Numbered from the stretch's first letter, positions 33,928-43,139 are shown. The stretch is 64,000 nt of DNA from an uncultured Candidatus Saccharibacteria bacterium (GCA_964632215.1 CAZWBG010000001.1:495863-559862); one strand, 5' to 3'. The notes: generated by a model not told the origin, from the letters alone. Numbers and translations are program-made.

Positions 33928-34746
33928 TTATTCATTACATAATTCTTCGATAACTCTAGCTGCTACATTAAATCCAACAAGCTCACTGATTCCAAAACCT
34001 GGAGATGGATTAACTTCAAGTACAAGCGGACCTTTGTTACTGTCTATAATATCTACTCCTGAAAAGTCGAGATTTAAGCTTCTATTAGCAGCTACTGCGA
34101 TTCTTTTCTCTTCTTCCGTAGGCTTGTGTGCAATTGCTGCACCACCTTGGTGAAGGTTGGCCCTAAAATCTCCGGAGTCAGCCGTACGTTTCATCGCTGC
34201 TATAATCTTATCACCTGCTACAATAACCCTTTTATCCGAGCCTTGTGATTCTTCTATATATTCCTGGCTAAGAAGTTTCGGGCTAACAGCAAATAACTCT
34301 TCTGCTTTTTTAGCAAACTCCTCCTTGTTTTTAATTAGTTCAACTCCAATGCCCCTATTACCATGTGGAACCTTAAGTACGAGAGGAAATGAAAGTGTTT
34401 CTACGGGCGTAAGACACGTAATAATGCTCGATTTAGGTGTCGGCACATCATGAGATATGAGTATTTCATATGTTTTGATCTTATCAAATCCAGTAAGTAC
34501 TGACTGAAGTTGCTTCAACTTTTGACCCTTCAGATTCTTGGCAAGCTCTATATATAAGGTGTAGCTTTTTGGCCCAAGACGATATATTACTTTATTCGCA
34601 AGCTCTATATCCTCTAAAATTGTATCACTCGTAATCAACGCCAGCTTTGATGTACAACCGAGCCCATCGGCAGCCTGCAACAATGCATTTGCTCCAGGAC
34701 TTGTACGAGATAATGTTGTAATGCAGAGGGTATTTTTGTTTGACAT
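33928..34746 (-). CDS. RimK-family ATP-grasp ligase paralogue
   Basis: 272 aa. FPLVLKVPHGNRGIGV, DFRANLHQGGAA, GVDIIDSNKGPLVLEVNPSPGFG. The next ATP-grasp gene follows 17 nt downstream. Confidence 0.8.
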   Translation of the reverse strand: MSNKNTLCITTLSRTSPGANALLQAADGLGCTSKLALITSDTILEDIELANKVIYRLGPKSYTLYIELAKNLKGQKLKQLQSVLTGFDKIKTYEILISHDVPTPKSSIITCLTPVETLSFPLVLKVPHGNRGIGVELIKNKEEFAKKAEELFAVSPKLLSQEYIEESQGSDKRVIVAGDKIIAAMKRTADSGDFRANLHQGGAAIAHKPTEEEKRIAVAANRSLNLDFSGVDIIDSNKGPLVLEVNPSPGFGISELVGFNVAARVIEELCNE

Positions 34747-34936
34747 AATGAAACTACTATATCATACCTAGACTATGTCACCCTAGTGGGCTCATCTTCT
34801 TGAACTTGGCACCAAAACTCGGATACTTCACACTGACGAATTAATTGATTTGCATACTTTATAGGCTTACATCTTGTATTTCAATAATTAGTTTGGCATT
34901 ATGAGGGTAGTTATTTATATAAACTTAGGAGGAACT

Positions 34937-35290
34937 ATGGCTGAGGAGAAGAAAACAACACCAAAGGTAAAGGTGCCTGCGGTTAATGCAAAAGATGTTG
35001 AAGAGAATAAAATATACGGCATCCTAGCCTATATTGGTATTCTTTTCATCGTGCCATTACTTGCTGCACCAAAATCACCATTTGCAAAGTTCCATGCCAA
35101 CCAAGGCTGCGTGTTATTTATTGCTGGTGTGGCACTTGCGGTTATATCTTGGATTCCAATTTTGGGTTGGCTCATTGGCTTCATTGGTTGGATCGTCGTT
35201 GTCGTACTAGCTATTATGGGTATCGTTAACGCTGCTGGTGGCAAGATGGAAAAATTACCACTTATCGGTGATATCGAAATTATTAAATAG
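34937..35290 (+). CDS. DUF4870-like small membrane protein
   Basis: AGGAGG lies 5 nt upstream of ATG 34937. Contains NKIYGILAYIGILFIVPLL...FHANQG and three TM helices. Confidence 0.6.
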   Translation: MAEEKKTTPKVKVPAVNAKDVEENKIYGILAYIGILFIVPLLAAPKSPFAKFHANQGCVLFIAGVALAVISWIPILGWLIGFIGWIVVVVLAIMGIVNAAGGKMEKLPLIGDIEIIK

Positions 35291-35346
35291 TCTCAATTGA
35301 CCTGATATAAAATACCCTGATATACATTGGGGTAATTTTATTAGCT

Positions 35347-36456
35347 CTAGTGAAAGATACCCTTCTTCTTGCTGGTCTTAAGCTCTTGGAGTAAATCTTT
35401 TTGCTGCTTACTTAAGTTAGTTGGGGTATCGACCAGTATGGTAACAATATGCGCGCCGCGGCTACTCTCGCGCAAGCGTGGTACACCGTGACCAGAAAGT
35501 TTAAAATCTGTACCACTCTGAGTTCCTGCTGGGACCTTCATCTTCACGGGGCCATCTACCGTTTGAACCTCTATCTCGGCGCCCAGCGATGCATCAATCA
35601 TACTTACATGTTCCGAGGAGAGAATAAGATCACCTTCTCGCGTGAAGTGCTTGTGCGGCTTCACATTCAGCTGCACATACAGATCACCCTTATTCCCGTT
35701 AGCTGCGGCCTCACCATGCTCGCGGAGGCGGATCACCGCTCCGTCATCAATTCCGGCTGGAATTTTAATAGTAATCTCCTGCTTGACCCGCTCTACTCCA
35801 GTTGCCTTACAAACACTACATGGTTTCTCGGGTATTTCACCGCGGCCGTGACAGTTACGACAAACTGCGGCTTGCTGAATAGTACCAAACACGGTGTTCA
35901 TCTGTTGAACGACCTGGCCCGAACCTTTACAGACGTCGCAGGTCTTTAGCCCATATCCGGGCTCTGCTCGGCTACCCTTACAGTGCGTACAAACATCATT
36001 CATTTGCAAGTGAATAGTTTTCTCAACACCAAATACTGCCTCTTCAAAACTTAACATAACCTCAGTTTGAACATCCCGACCCATATCTTCGCCACGGGGT
36101 TGTTGTGGGCCACCACCACCAAAAAAGCTACCAAAAATATCTCCGAGGCCCATATCGCCAAAGTCGAAATGCATGTTTTGACCCTGGCCACCAAAGCCCT
36201 GGAAACCTTCAAATGGATTACCCCCAGGTGCGCCATCTCCACCTACGCCAGCATGACCAAACTGGTCATACCTTTGGCGCTTGGTTGCATCTTTTAGGAC
36301 TTCGTAGGCTTCATTTGCTTCTTTAAATTTGGCTTCATCGCCGCCCTCTTTATCTGGATGGTGCTTAACGGCAAGCTTACGAAAAGCCTTCTTGATCTCA
36401 TCTGCTGAGGCTTCTTTTTTAATACCTAAAATTTCATAATAATCACGTTTTGCCAT
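35347..36456 (-). CDS. dnaJ: Co-chaperone DnaJ
   Basis: J domain with HPD (KHHPDKE), a Gly/Phe-rich region, and four Cys-x2-Cys zinc-finger motifs. Confidence 0.95.
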   Translation of the reverse strand: MAKRDYYEILGIKKEASADEIKKAFRKLAVKHHPDKEGGDEAKFKEANEAYEVLKDATKRQRYDQFGHAGVGGDGAPGGNPFEGFQGFGGQGQNMHFDFGDMGLGDIFGSFFGGGGPQQPRGEDMGRDVQTEVMLSFEEAVFGVEKTIHLQMNDVCTHCKGSRAEPGYGLKTCDVCKGSGQVVQQMNTVFGTIQQAAVCRNCHGRGEIPEKPCSVCKATGVERVKQEITIKIPAGIDDGAVIRLREHGEAAANGNKGDLYVQLNVKPHKHFTREGDLILSSEHVSMIDASLGAEIEVQTVDGPVKMKVPAGTQSGTDFKLSGHGVPRLRESSRGAHIVTILVDTPTNLSKQQKDLLQELKTSKKKGIFH

Positions 36457-36460
36457 TAAT

Positions 36461-37066
36461 TTATCCTATCAAGCTATAAAAATATTCAGAGAAACGGGTT
36501 AGTACGAGGGTGATAACAATTAAGTAGGTTATGGCGATGAACTTGCCCGAGTTATTAGCAAATACGCTCCCAAGAGCACCTCTTAGTTTAATGTGTCCTT
36601 GCCGAATGTTCCAAGCCAACGTTGTCCAGAATATTGGAATAGTGACGGTCCAGACGGCTATACAGTACAGGCAAAGCTTACCAATATCGTACAAGCTTTG
36701 AGAGATCAGCCAAGCGCAGAACAAGAAACCGAATGCGGTACCAGCTTGAAATGTTAGCCAATACCAACGTTTTGGAATCCTGACACCAGCTAGGAGTGTC
36801 ATACCAACAACCAATACACAGGCGAAGCCAAAGATACCAATGAGTGGATTAGGAACACCGAAGAATACCTTGCCCTGCCACGAGCCAATAACTGGCGAAC
36901 AGGCCACTACTGGGCTAATTGAGCAGCTCGGGACGTAGTCTGGATTGGCTGCAATATGTATCTTCTCTATAGTTAAGATAGTGGATGCTAATACGCCGAT
37001 AACCGCACCGATTACCAAAACCCAGGGAAACACTTTTTCAAACGATAGTTTTTTTAGTATATGCAT
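36461..37066 (-). CDS. Vitamin K epoxide reductase (VKOR) family membrane protein
   Basis: 201 aa with 4-5 TM helices, a loop Cys pair (CSISPVVAC) and a CLYC active-site motif in a TM helix. Confidence 0.8.
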   Translation of the reverse strand: MHILKKLSFEKVFPWVLVIGAVIGVLASTILTIEKIHIAANPDYVPSCSISPVVACSPVIGSWQGKVFFGVPNPLIGIFGFACVLVVGMTLLAGVRIPKRWYWLTFQAGTAFGFLFCAWLISQSLYDIGKLCLYCIAVWTVTIPIFWTTLAWNIRQGHIKLRGALGSVFANNSGKFIAITYLIVITLVLTRFSEYFYSLIG

Positions 37067-37169
37067 GGCTTCATTATACGTTAAGTTGATCTCGATTGTA
37101 CGATCTCATGGAGAGCATACCTATCAAGCCAGCCAGAATCTCAACTGGCTTGATAGATCTAAGGTTGTT

Positions 37170-39092
37170 TTACTTTTCTTTCTTTTCTTCTTCAACAACT
37201 TCGCCTTCTACAGCTTCGTCTTCCTTTGCCGCGTCATCCTTCTTCTCGTCACCCTTAGCAGCCTCTTCGGCCTTGGCAGCTTCTTCATACATCTTGGCAC
37301 CAATTGGCTGAATTTTATCCATCAGCTCTTTAGTAGCTTTTTCAATCTCGTCTTTATCAGCTGAAGCCTGGTGCTTTTTAGCTTCTTCTACGGCTTCAGT
37401 GATGATCTTTTTGTCATCGTCTGAGATCTTATCTTTATACTCATCGGGCATCTTCTCAGCCTGGTAGATGGCATTCTCAAGTAAATTCTTAGACTCAGCT
37501 GCTTCGCGCTTCTTTTTGTCATCCTCAGCATGAGTCTCAGCTTCTTTTTGTGCCTTTTCTACGTCTTCTTTACTCAAGTTTCCAGAATTCTGAATAGTAA
37601 TAGACTGCTCTTTGCCCGTGCCTTTGTCTTTTGCCGCTACATTTAAGATACCGTTGGCATCAAGGTTAAAGGTTACTTCAATTTGTGGCACACCACGTGG
37701 CGCTGGAGCAATACCATCTAGAATAAAACGTCCGAGTGACTTGTTGTCGTTTGCCATCTCACGCTCACCTTGTAGTACGTGAATCTCAACCTGCGGCTGA
37801 CTATCGGCAGCAGTTGAGAAGGTCTCAGACTTACTGGTTGGAATAGTCGTGTTACGCTCAATCAGTTTGGTTGTCACGCTACCCATAGTTTCGATACCAA
37901 GAGAAAGCGGGGTCACATCAAGCAGTAGTACGTCTTTGACATCTCCAGCTAGTACACCACCCTGAATTGCAGCACCTACAGCGACTACTTCGTCAGGATT
38001 TACACCCTTAAGTGGATCTTTGCCAAAGATTGATTTTACCTTAGCTACTACCGCGGGCATGCGAGTCATACCACCAACCAAGATAACTTCGTCGATATCT
38101 TTTGGTGTAAGCTTGGCATCTTTTAGGGCTTTTTCACAAGGCCCAGCAGTTCGTTCAATAAAGTCTTTAACCAAATCTTCAAGCTTGGCACGAGTCATAC
38201 TGTATTCAAAGTTAATCGGACCATCATCTCCTTGGTCAAGGAATGGTAGGTTGATTTCTGCAGTTTGCGCGCTAGAAAGTTCCTTCTTGGCTTTTTCAGC
38301 CTCTTCCTTGAGACGCTGCATAGCCATAGCGTTGCTACGCAGGTCTTTGCCGTGCTCTTTTTTAATTTCGTCGAGGAAGAAGTTAACAATCTTATTGTCG
38401 AAGTCTTCACCACCGAGGTGTGTATCGCCGTGTGTACTCTTTACTTCGAAGACACCATCACCAAGCTCGAGTACTGAAACGTCGAAGGTACCACCACCAA
38501 GGTCGAATACCACTACAGTTTCGTTCTTGTTCTTTTTATCAAGGCCGTAGGCAAGTGCTGCGGCAGTTGGCTCATTAATGATTCGCTTAACTTCAAGACC
38601 GGCAATTTTACCCGCATCCTTCGTTGCTTGACGCTGTGAATCGTCAAAGTAGGCAGGTACAGTTATGACTGCCTCAGACACTGGCTCACCCAAGAAGGCT
38701 TCAGCATCAGCTTTTAGCTTAGAAAGAATCATGGCTGAAACTTCTTCTGGCGTGTATTCCTTACCTGCCATCTTGACGGCCACGCCATTACCTTTTTCTA
38801 CAATTTGGTAGGGCATAATGTCGTGGTCTTTTTGGACTTCGTTATCTTTCCACTTACGGCCGATTAAACGTTTTACACCGAAGATGGTGTTTTCTGGGTT
38901 TGTAACTCGCTGACGGTTTGCAATTTGGCCAACCAAGCGCTCTTCTTTACCGTCTTTATCCTTTTTTACCGCGACAACTGAAGGTGTTGTTCTATTACCT
39001 TCGCTGTTGGTAATAATTTCAGGTGATCCTGCCTGCATAACAGCCATGGCTGAGTTGGTAGTTCCTAAATCAATTCCGATAATTTTACCCAT
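37170..39092 (-). CDS. dnaK: Chaperone DnaK (Hsp70)
   Basis: [17 protein letters not shown], full-length Hsp70 with an acidic Lys/Glu tail. Confidence 0.97.
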   Translation of the reverse strand: MGKIIGIDLGTTNSAMAVMQAGSPEIITNSEGNRTTPSVVAVKKDKDGKEERLVGQIANRQRVTNPENTIFGVKRLIGRKWKDNEVQKDHDIMPYQIVEKGNGVAVKMAGKEYTPEEVSAMILSKLKADAEAFLGEPVSEAVITVPAYFDDSQRQATKDAGKIAGLEVKRIINEPTAAALAYGLDKKNKNETVVVFDLGGGTFDVSVLELGDGVFEVKSTHGDTHLGGEDFDNKIVNFFLDEIKKEHGKDLRSNAMAMQRLKEEAEKAKKELSSAQTAEINLPFLDQGDDGPINFEYSMTRAKLEDLVKDFIERTAGPCEKALKDAKLTPKDIDEVILVGGMTRMPAVVAKVKSIFGKDPLKGVNPDEVVAVGAAIQGGVLAGDVKDVLLLDVTPLSLGIETMGSVTTKLIERNTTIPTSKSETFSTAADSQPQVEIHVLQGEREMANDNKSLGRFILDGIAPAPRGVPQIEVTFNLDANGILNVAAKDKGTGKEQSITIQNSGNLSKEDVEKAQKEAETHAEDDKKKREAAESKNLLENAIYQAEKMPDEYKDKISDDDKKIITEAVEEAKKHQASADKDEIEKATKELMDKIQPIGAKMYEEAAKAEEAAKGDEKKDDAAKEDEAVEGEVVEEEKKEK

Positions 39093-39164
39093 ACAATCTA
39101 CTCCTTTTGTGCCCCTAGACCATCTGATCTAGAGGTTATGCTTTTTTAAAAATATACAAGTTGC

Positions 39165-39191
39165 TTAGCAGTCGTTTATTTTGATTGCTAA
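39165..39191. promoter_or_regulatory. CIRCE-like HrcA operator (proximal to dnaK)
   Basis: TTAGCAGTC-N9-GATTGCTAA, compared with consensus TTAGCACTC-N9-GAGTGCTAA. Confidence 0.65.
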
Positions 39192-39200
39192 AGTAATTCT

Positions 39201-39230
39201 ATCATATATAAATTAGCAGTCGCAAGTCAA
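39201..39230 (-). promoter_or_regulatory. Putative sigma-70-type dnaK promoter
   Basis: On the minus strand, TTGACT (39230-39225) lies inside the distal CIRCE spacer, followed by an 18-nt spacer and TATGAT (39206-39201). Confidence 0.45.
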
Positions 39231-39239
39231 GAGTGCTAA
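39213..39239. promoter_or_regulatory. CIRCE HrcA operator (distal, overlaps the -35)
   Basis: TTAGCAGTC-N9-GAGTGCTAA, one mismatch to the consensus inverted repeat. Confidence 0.85.
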
Positions 39240-39256
39240 TTTACGCGATTCTAGTT

Positions 39257-39448
39257 TTATTGGGCAAGGCCCATACCGCTTGCTTTGGTGGTTTTAGTAG
39301 AATCTACTGGTAGTGGACGTCCTTGAATCGTATCTACAGGGTCCGCATGAGCACTCGTTGAGTCGGCTAAGACTAAGCCCAGAGCCTCTCCTTCGTCAGG
39401 ATAGTAATACGTCGGATCCTGAATTACTTGTGGTGTAGCTTCTGACAT
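39257..39448 (-). CDS. Small acidic hypothetical protein between grpE and dnaK
   Basis: 63 aa. AAGGGAG lies 6 nt upstream of the ATG. Composition is Pro/Asp/Thr-rich and looks disordered. Confidence 0.4.
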   Translation of the reverse strand: MSEATPQVIQDPTYYYPDEGEALGLVLADSTSAHADPVDTIQGRPLPVDSTKTTKASGMGLAQ

Positions 39449-39517
39449 AGTGGACTCCCTTAGTATGGCTCACTATACTACTGTTATAAAATTTAGTTGT
39501 GATATTCCACACACTAT

Positions 39518-39979
39518 TTATTGGTGCGTAACCTTGACGACTGCATGACGGATAACTTGATTGTTAATTTTGTATCCTTCTTGCAAGACTTCACTAACAA
39601 TCTGCTCTGGACCCTCGCCTTCTACTTGAACTGCTTCATGAAATTCTGGATTAAACGGCTGATTAAGAGCATCGATTTTCTCGATTCCTAACTTCGCCAA
39701 CTGCTGCAAAAGTCTGTCATGTATCTTTTGCACACCCTGCGCCCATTTGTTATCTTCTAGATCTTTTGGCAAATGGTTTAGTGCCCGTTCGAGATCATCG
39801 ATAACAGGCAGTAGATCTTTTACTACTTGAGCTTTCGAAAATTGCGAAAGTTGGGTCTTTTCTTCTTCAACTCGCTTTTTATAATTAATAAACTCTGCTT
39901 GCACACGCTGCAAATCACCCGTTAGTTCTCCAATTTGCTGTTCAAGCAGTACTTCATTTTTGGTTAACTTCTTACTCAT
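39518..39979 (-). CDS. grpE: Nucleotide exchange factor GrpE
   Basis: 153 aa with a coiled N-terminus, the FINYKKRVEEE motif, and a C-terminal beta domain (FNPEFHEAV). Confidence 0.9.
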   Translation of the reverse strand: MSKKLTKNEVLLEQQIGELTGDLQRVQAEFINYKKRVEEEKTQLSQFSKAQVVKDLLPVIDDLERALNHLPKDLEDNKWAQGVQKIHDRLLQQLAKLGIEKIDALNQPFNPEFHEAVQVEGEGPEQIVSEVLQEGYKINNQVIRHAVVKVTHQ

Positions 39980-40677
39980 AGTATTGCCTCCAAGGTTTCG
40001 CCAGCATGGGCTACTAAATTCATTACATTTTTATAACTCTGTCGGGTTGGTCCAAGTACCCCAATATAACTATGGTCAGAATAGGGTGAGCGGAAGCGAC
40101 TAATAATAAGAGCTGATTCACTTGTTTTACCAATAGGATTCTCGCGACCGATATAAACACTAAGTGGTTCATTTGGCGCTGCCTCGCGTAGCCAGGGCTC
40201 TAAATTATCTAGCAGTCGAGCAACACCTTGTGAATGGATCGGATCTAAAAATTCTGGTTGACCAAATAGATTTGAAAATCCCGCCACATAAAGCTGATTG
40301 CCAATAGTTGCAAGTCCCAGGTTATGGGTCAGTTGCACAAGCGAATCTACAGCACTCCTGATTGCCATAGCTGGCTCACCGGCGTGAGAGATGCGAGTTG
40401 TCATAGCTTTTGAACCACGTGAGATAAGCGGTAACTGCGTAGGCTGTTCATTAATATGATTAACATAGAAACGGTATCCCTTGTCTGTTGGTATACGGCC
40501 AGCGGAAGTGTGTGGCTGCTTGATGAAACCAAGTCGTTCAAGTTCTGCCATCTCATTACGGATTGTTGCACTTGAGACGCTAAAGAGCTTCGCAAGCGTA
40601 ACACTACCAACAGGTGATGCGACTTCGGCATACTCTTCAATCATAGCGGCTAGAATACTGATTTGACGGGTAGTCAT
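39976..40677 (-). CDS. hrcA: Heat-inducible repressor HrcA (short form)
   Basis: N-terminal winged helix (LTTRQ-like MTTRQISIL...SSATIRNEMAELERLGFIKQPHTSAGRIPTDKGYRFYV). At 233 aa it is clearly shorter than the roughly 340 aa I recall for B. subtilis HrcA. Confidence 0.85.
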   Translation of the reverse strand: MTTRQISILAAMIEEYAEVASPVGSVTLAKLFSVSSATIRNEMAELERLGFIKQPHTSAGRIPTDKGYRFYVNHINEQPTQLPLISRGSKAMTTRISHAGEPAMAIRSAVDSLVQLTHNLGLATIGNQLYVAGFSNLFGQPEFLDPIHSQGVARLLDNLEPWLREAAPNEPLSVYIGRENPIGKTSESALIISRFRSPYSDHSYIGVLGPTRQSYKNVMNLVAHAGETLEAIL

Positions 40678-40698
40678 AATGGTTTTTAGTATATAGTT

Positions 40699-40725
40699 TT
40701 AGCAGTTAACTAGCAAGAGTGCCAA
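40699..40725. promoter_or_regulatory. Degenerate CIRCE-like element upstream of hrcA
   Basis: TTAGCAGTT-N9-GAGTGCCAA, three mismatches to consensus. Confidence 0.5.
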
Positions 40726-40771
40726 CGCTGCTTGTTGCATAAAGGTGAGTTCGGTATACTAAAAGGCAGAC

Positions 40772-41392
40772 ATGAAAAAGCTCACATCTTCTGAAATGCT
40801 ACCGATCATTGGCGAATGGCTCGGTACGGGTAGTATCAATATTTTTGGTATACCTTTTTCTGGGAAAGACACACAGGGTGAACTTTTATCTGAATATCTG
40901 AGTGCCTCGGTGATCGGTAGCGGTGACATACTGCGCAGTAGTGTTTTATCTACCGAGGCCAAAGAAACAATGGATGCTGGTAACCTGCCCCCTTCCGAAG
41001 AATTTTTTAGAGTTGTCCTGCCCTATTTCAACAAACCTGAATATTCGCAGACTGCCCTTGTACTAAGCTCAGTTGGTCGCTGGAAGGGTGAAGAAACAAA
41101 GGTGATTCAAGCTGCACAAGAATCTGGCCACCCTATAAAAGCGGCCTTCCTACTTACCCTACCCGAGGAAGTAGCGTTTGAGCGTAAGGCAAAAGTTGAA
41201 CGTAACCGAAATGATGATGCTAGCACGCAGATTCTAGAAAAACGAATGGAAGAGTTTCGTACAAAAACACTGCCCGCCCTGCAGACCTATCGGCAACTTG
41301 GCTTACTTATTGAAGTAGATGGCAGTCAATCTCCAGAAGAAGTAAAACAAGAAATTATCACGCTTCTGTACCAACATGCGACTGGAGAGTGA
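40772..41392 (+). CDS. Adenylate kinase-family nucleoside monophosphate kinase (divergent P-loop)
   Basis: GIPFSGKDTQ (Adk has GxPGxGKGTQ), SGDILR, MDAGNL, and a C-terminal LIEVDGSQSPEEV segment that aligns by eye with Adk. Confidence 0.6.
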   Translation: MKKLTSSEMLPIIGEWLGTGSINIFGIPFSGKDTQGELLSEYLSASVIGSGDILRSSVLSTEAKETMDAGNLPPSEEFFRVVLPYFNKPEYSQTALVLSSVGRWKGEETKVIQAAQESGHPIKAAFLLTLPEEVAFERKAKVERNRNDDASTQILEKRMEEFRTKTLPALQTYRQLGLLIEVDGSQSPEEVKQEIITLLYQHATGE

Positions 41393-41396
41393 GACA

Positions 41397-42656
41397 ATGT
41401 CAGACATCCCGGCTCACCTTATTAATACACTCCAAAAAGCCCAGACCTTCCTAACCAAAGATTTACCTGCCCTACCTGGAGCCCACCATAAAACTGACCG
41501 AGAATCCCGATACCTACAGAATCAAAAACTCTTCGAAATGCTTGGTAATCCACAGAATACACACAAGGTTATTCACGTCGCGGGAACAAGCGGAAAAGGT
41601 ACCGTTAGCTACCTGGTTGATGCCATGCTCCGAGCCCACGACAAACAAACGGGGTTACTAGTTAGCCCTCATGTGTATGATATTCGTGAGCGAATACAAC
41701 TTAACGGTCAATTTATAAGTGAACGGCAGTTTATAGAAACCCTCAACCAGCTCTTGCCATTTATACAAAAACTGAATACCACCCAACAAACACCCCACTA
41801 CTTTGAGACTTTGTTGCTACTTGGGTTTATGGCGAGCTCAACACGCAGTCTAGATTACCTGGTTGTTGAGGCGGGTGTAGGTGGGCGCTACTCACCCACG
41901 AATTTAGTTAACCGAGATGATACTTACGGCGTCATAACTCAAATAGGGCTTGATCATACCGACCGCCTTGGCACCACCTACGAGCAGATCACTACTGAGA
42001 AATCTGGCATCATAAAGCCAAATATGTGGCTGACTGCTCTGCGCCAGCGCAGCGGGGTTAATGATATTATTGCAAAAACTGCCCAGGCCGAGCAAGCAGA
42101 TCTCTCTTGGGTAGAATCTTCCAAAGATTATGAGACCGATGATCTCCTTTTAGCCCTAGACTGTGTTCGGCGCCTAGCCGAACGTGACGGCTGGAGTTTT
42201 GACGAAGAACTTGCCAAGCAAGCTGCCCATAAACTCTATATACCTGGCCGTTATGAAAAACGTAGCTTCTTAGACCACTCAGTTGTTCTAGATGGTGCAC
42301 ACAACCCTCAAAAACTGACTGCCCTAAGCTCGCGTCTAGGCCGAGATAAAATTGCACCCTGTACGTTCGTGCTGGCTATTGGTACACATAAAGATTACGT
42401 AAACTCACTCTTAGCACTCAAGCACGTAGCCCAGCGAATTATCTGCTGTGAATTCTTTTTACACGAACCAGAGGTACCTGGGCGACCTGTCAGTGCTCGG
42501 GTGCTTGGAGAAACCGCCAGAAAGCTTGGTTTTAGCCAGGTAGAGATCATACCAGAACCAGTTTTGGCTTTTCGTTTTGGCCTACAATTCCCAGAACCCG
42601 TCGTAGTAGCTGGTTCGTTCTATCTACTTGGTGAAGTCGACAAAGTATTTAATTAG
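41397..42656 (+). CDS. folC: Folylpolyglutamate synthase / dihydrofolate synthase-like Mur ligase
   Basis: VIHVAGTSGKGTV P-loop, FolC-like length and C-terminal domain. ATG 41397 (GGAGAG upstream) and ATG 41376 are both possible starts. Confidence 0.75.
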   Translation: MSDIPAHLINTLQKAQTFLTKDLPALPGAHHKTDRESRYLQNQKLFEMLGNPQNTHKVIHVAGTSGKGTVSYLVDAMLRAHDKQTGLLVSPHVYDIRERIQLNGQFISERQFIETLNQLLPFIQKLNTTQQTPHYFETLLLLGFMASSTRSLDYLVVEAGVGGRYSPTNLVNRDDTYGVITQIGLDHTDRLGTTYEQITTEKSGIIKPNMWLTALRQRSGVNDIIAKTAQAEQADLSWVESSKDYETDDLLLALDCVRRLAERDGWSFDEELAKQAAHKLYIPGRYEKRSFLDHSVVLDGAHNPQKLTALSSRLGRDKIAPCTFVLAIGTHKDYVNSLLALKHVAQRIICCEFFLHEPEVPGRPVSARVLGETARKLGFSQVEIIPEPVLAFRFGLQFPEPVVVAGSFYLLGEVDKVFN

Positions 42657-42689
42657 CTTATACTTATAGTTATCTAAAAGGAGACCCAC

Positions 42690-43139
42690 ATGAAAGCAGC
42701 AGATTTTTCACTTACCGATCAAGATGGAACTACTAAAACCCTAAAAGATTTTGCAGGCACATGGTTAGTTCTCTATTTTTACCCAAAAGATGATACACCT
42801 GGTTGCACAGTTGAGGCTTGTAGCCTGCGAGATGCCAACGATGAACTTATTGCGCTGGGCGCTAACGTAGTTGGTATCAGCAAAGATGATGCAGATTCGC
42901 ACCGTAATTTTAAGGCCAAGCACCAGCTTAACTTCACACTACTAAGCGATCCTGATGGTAAAACTATCGAGGCTTATGGTGCATGGGGCAAGAAAATGTT
43001 TGGCAAAGAAGGAATTCTCAGAAAAACTTTTATTATCAACCCTTCGGGTGAGATCGTAAAGACCTACGGCCGCGTCACCCCGCTCGGTCACGGCGAACAA
43101 GTAGTAGAAGAGCTCAAAAGACTACAATCGACTAGTTAA
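42690..43139 (+). CDS. bcp: Thiol peroxidase Bcp (peroxiredoxin)
   Basis: FYPKDDTPGCTVEAC active-site motif. AAGGAG Shine-Dalgarno sequence. Confidence 0.9.
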   Translation: MKAADFSLTDQDGTTKTLKDFAGTWLVLYFYPKDDTPGCTVEACSLRDANDELIALGANVVGISKDDADSHRNFKAKHQLNFTLLSDPDGKTIEAYGAWGKKMFGKEGILRKTFIINPSGEIVKTYGRVTPLGHGEQVVEELKRLQSTS

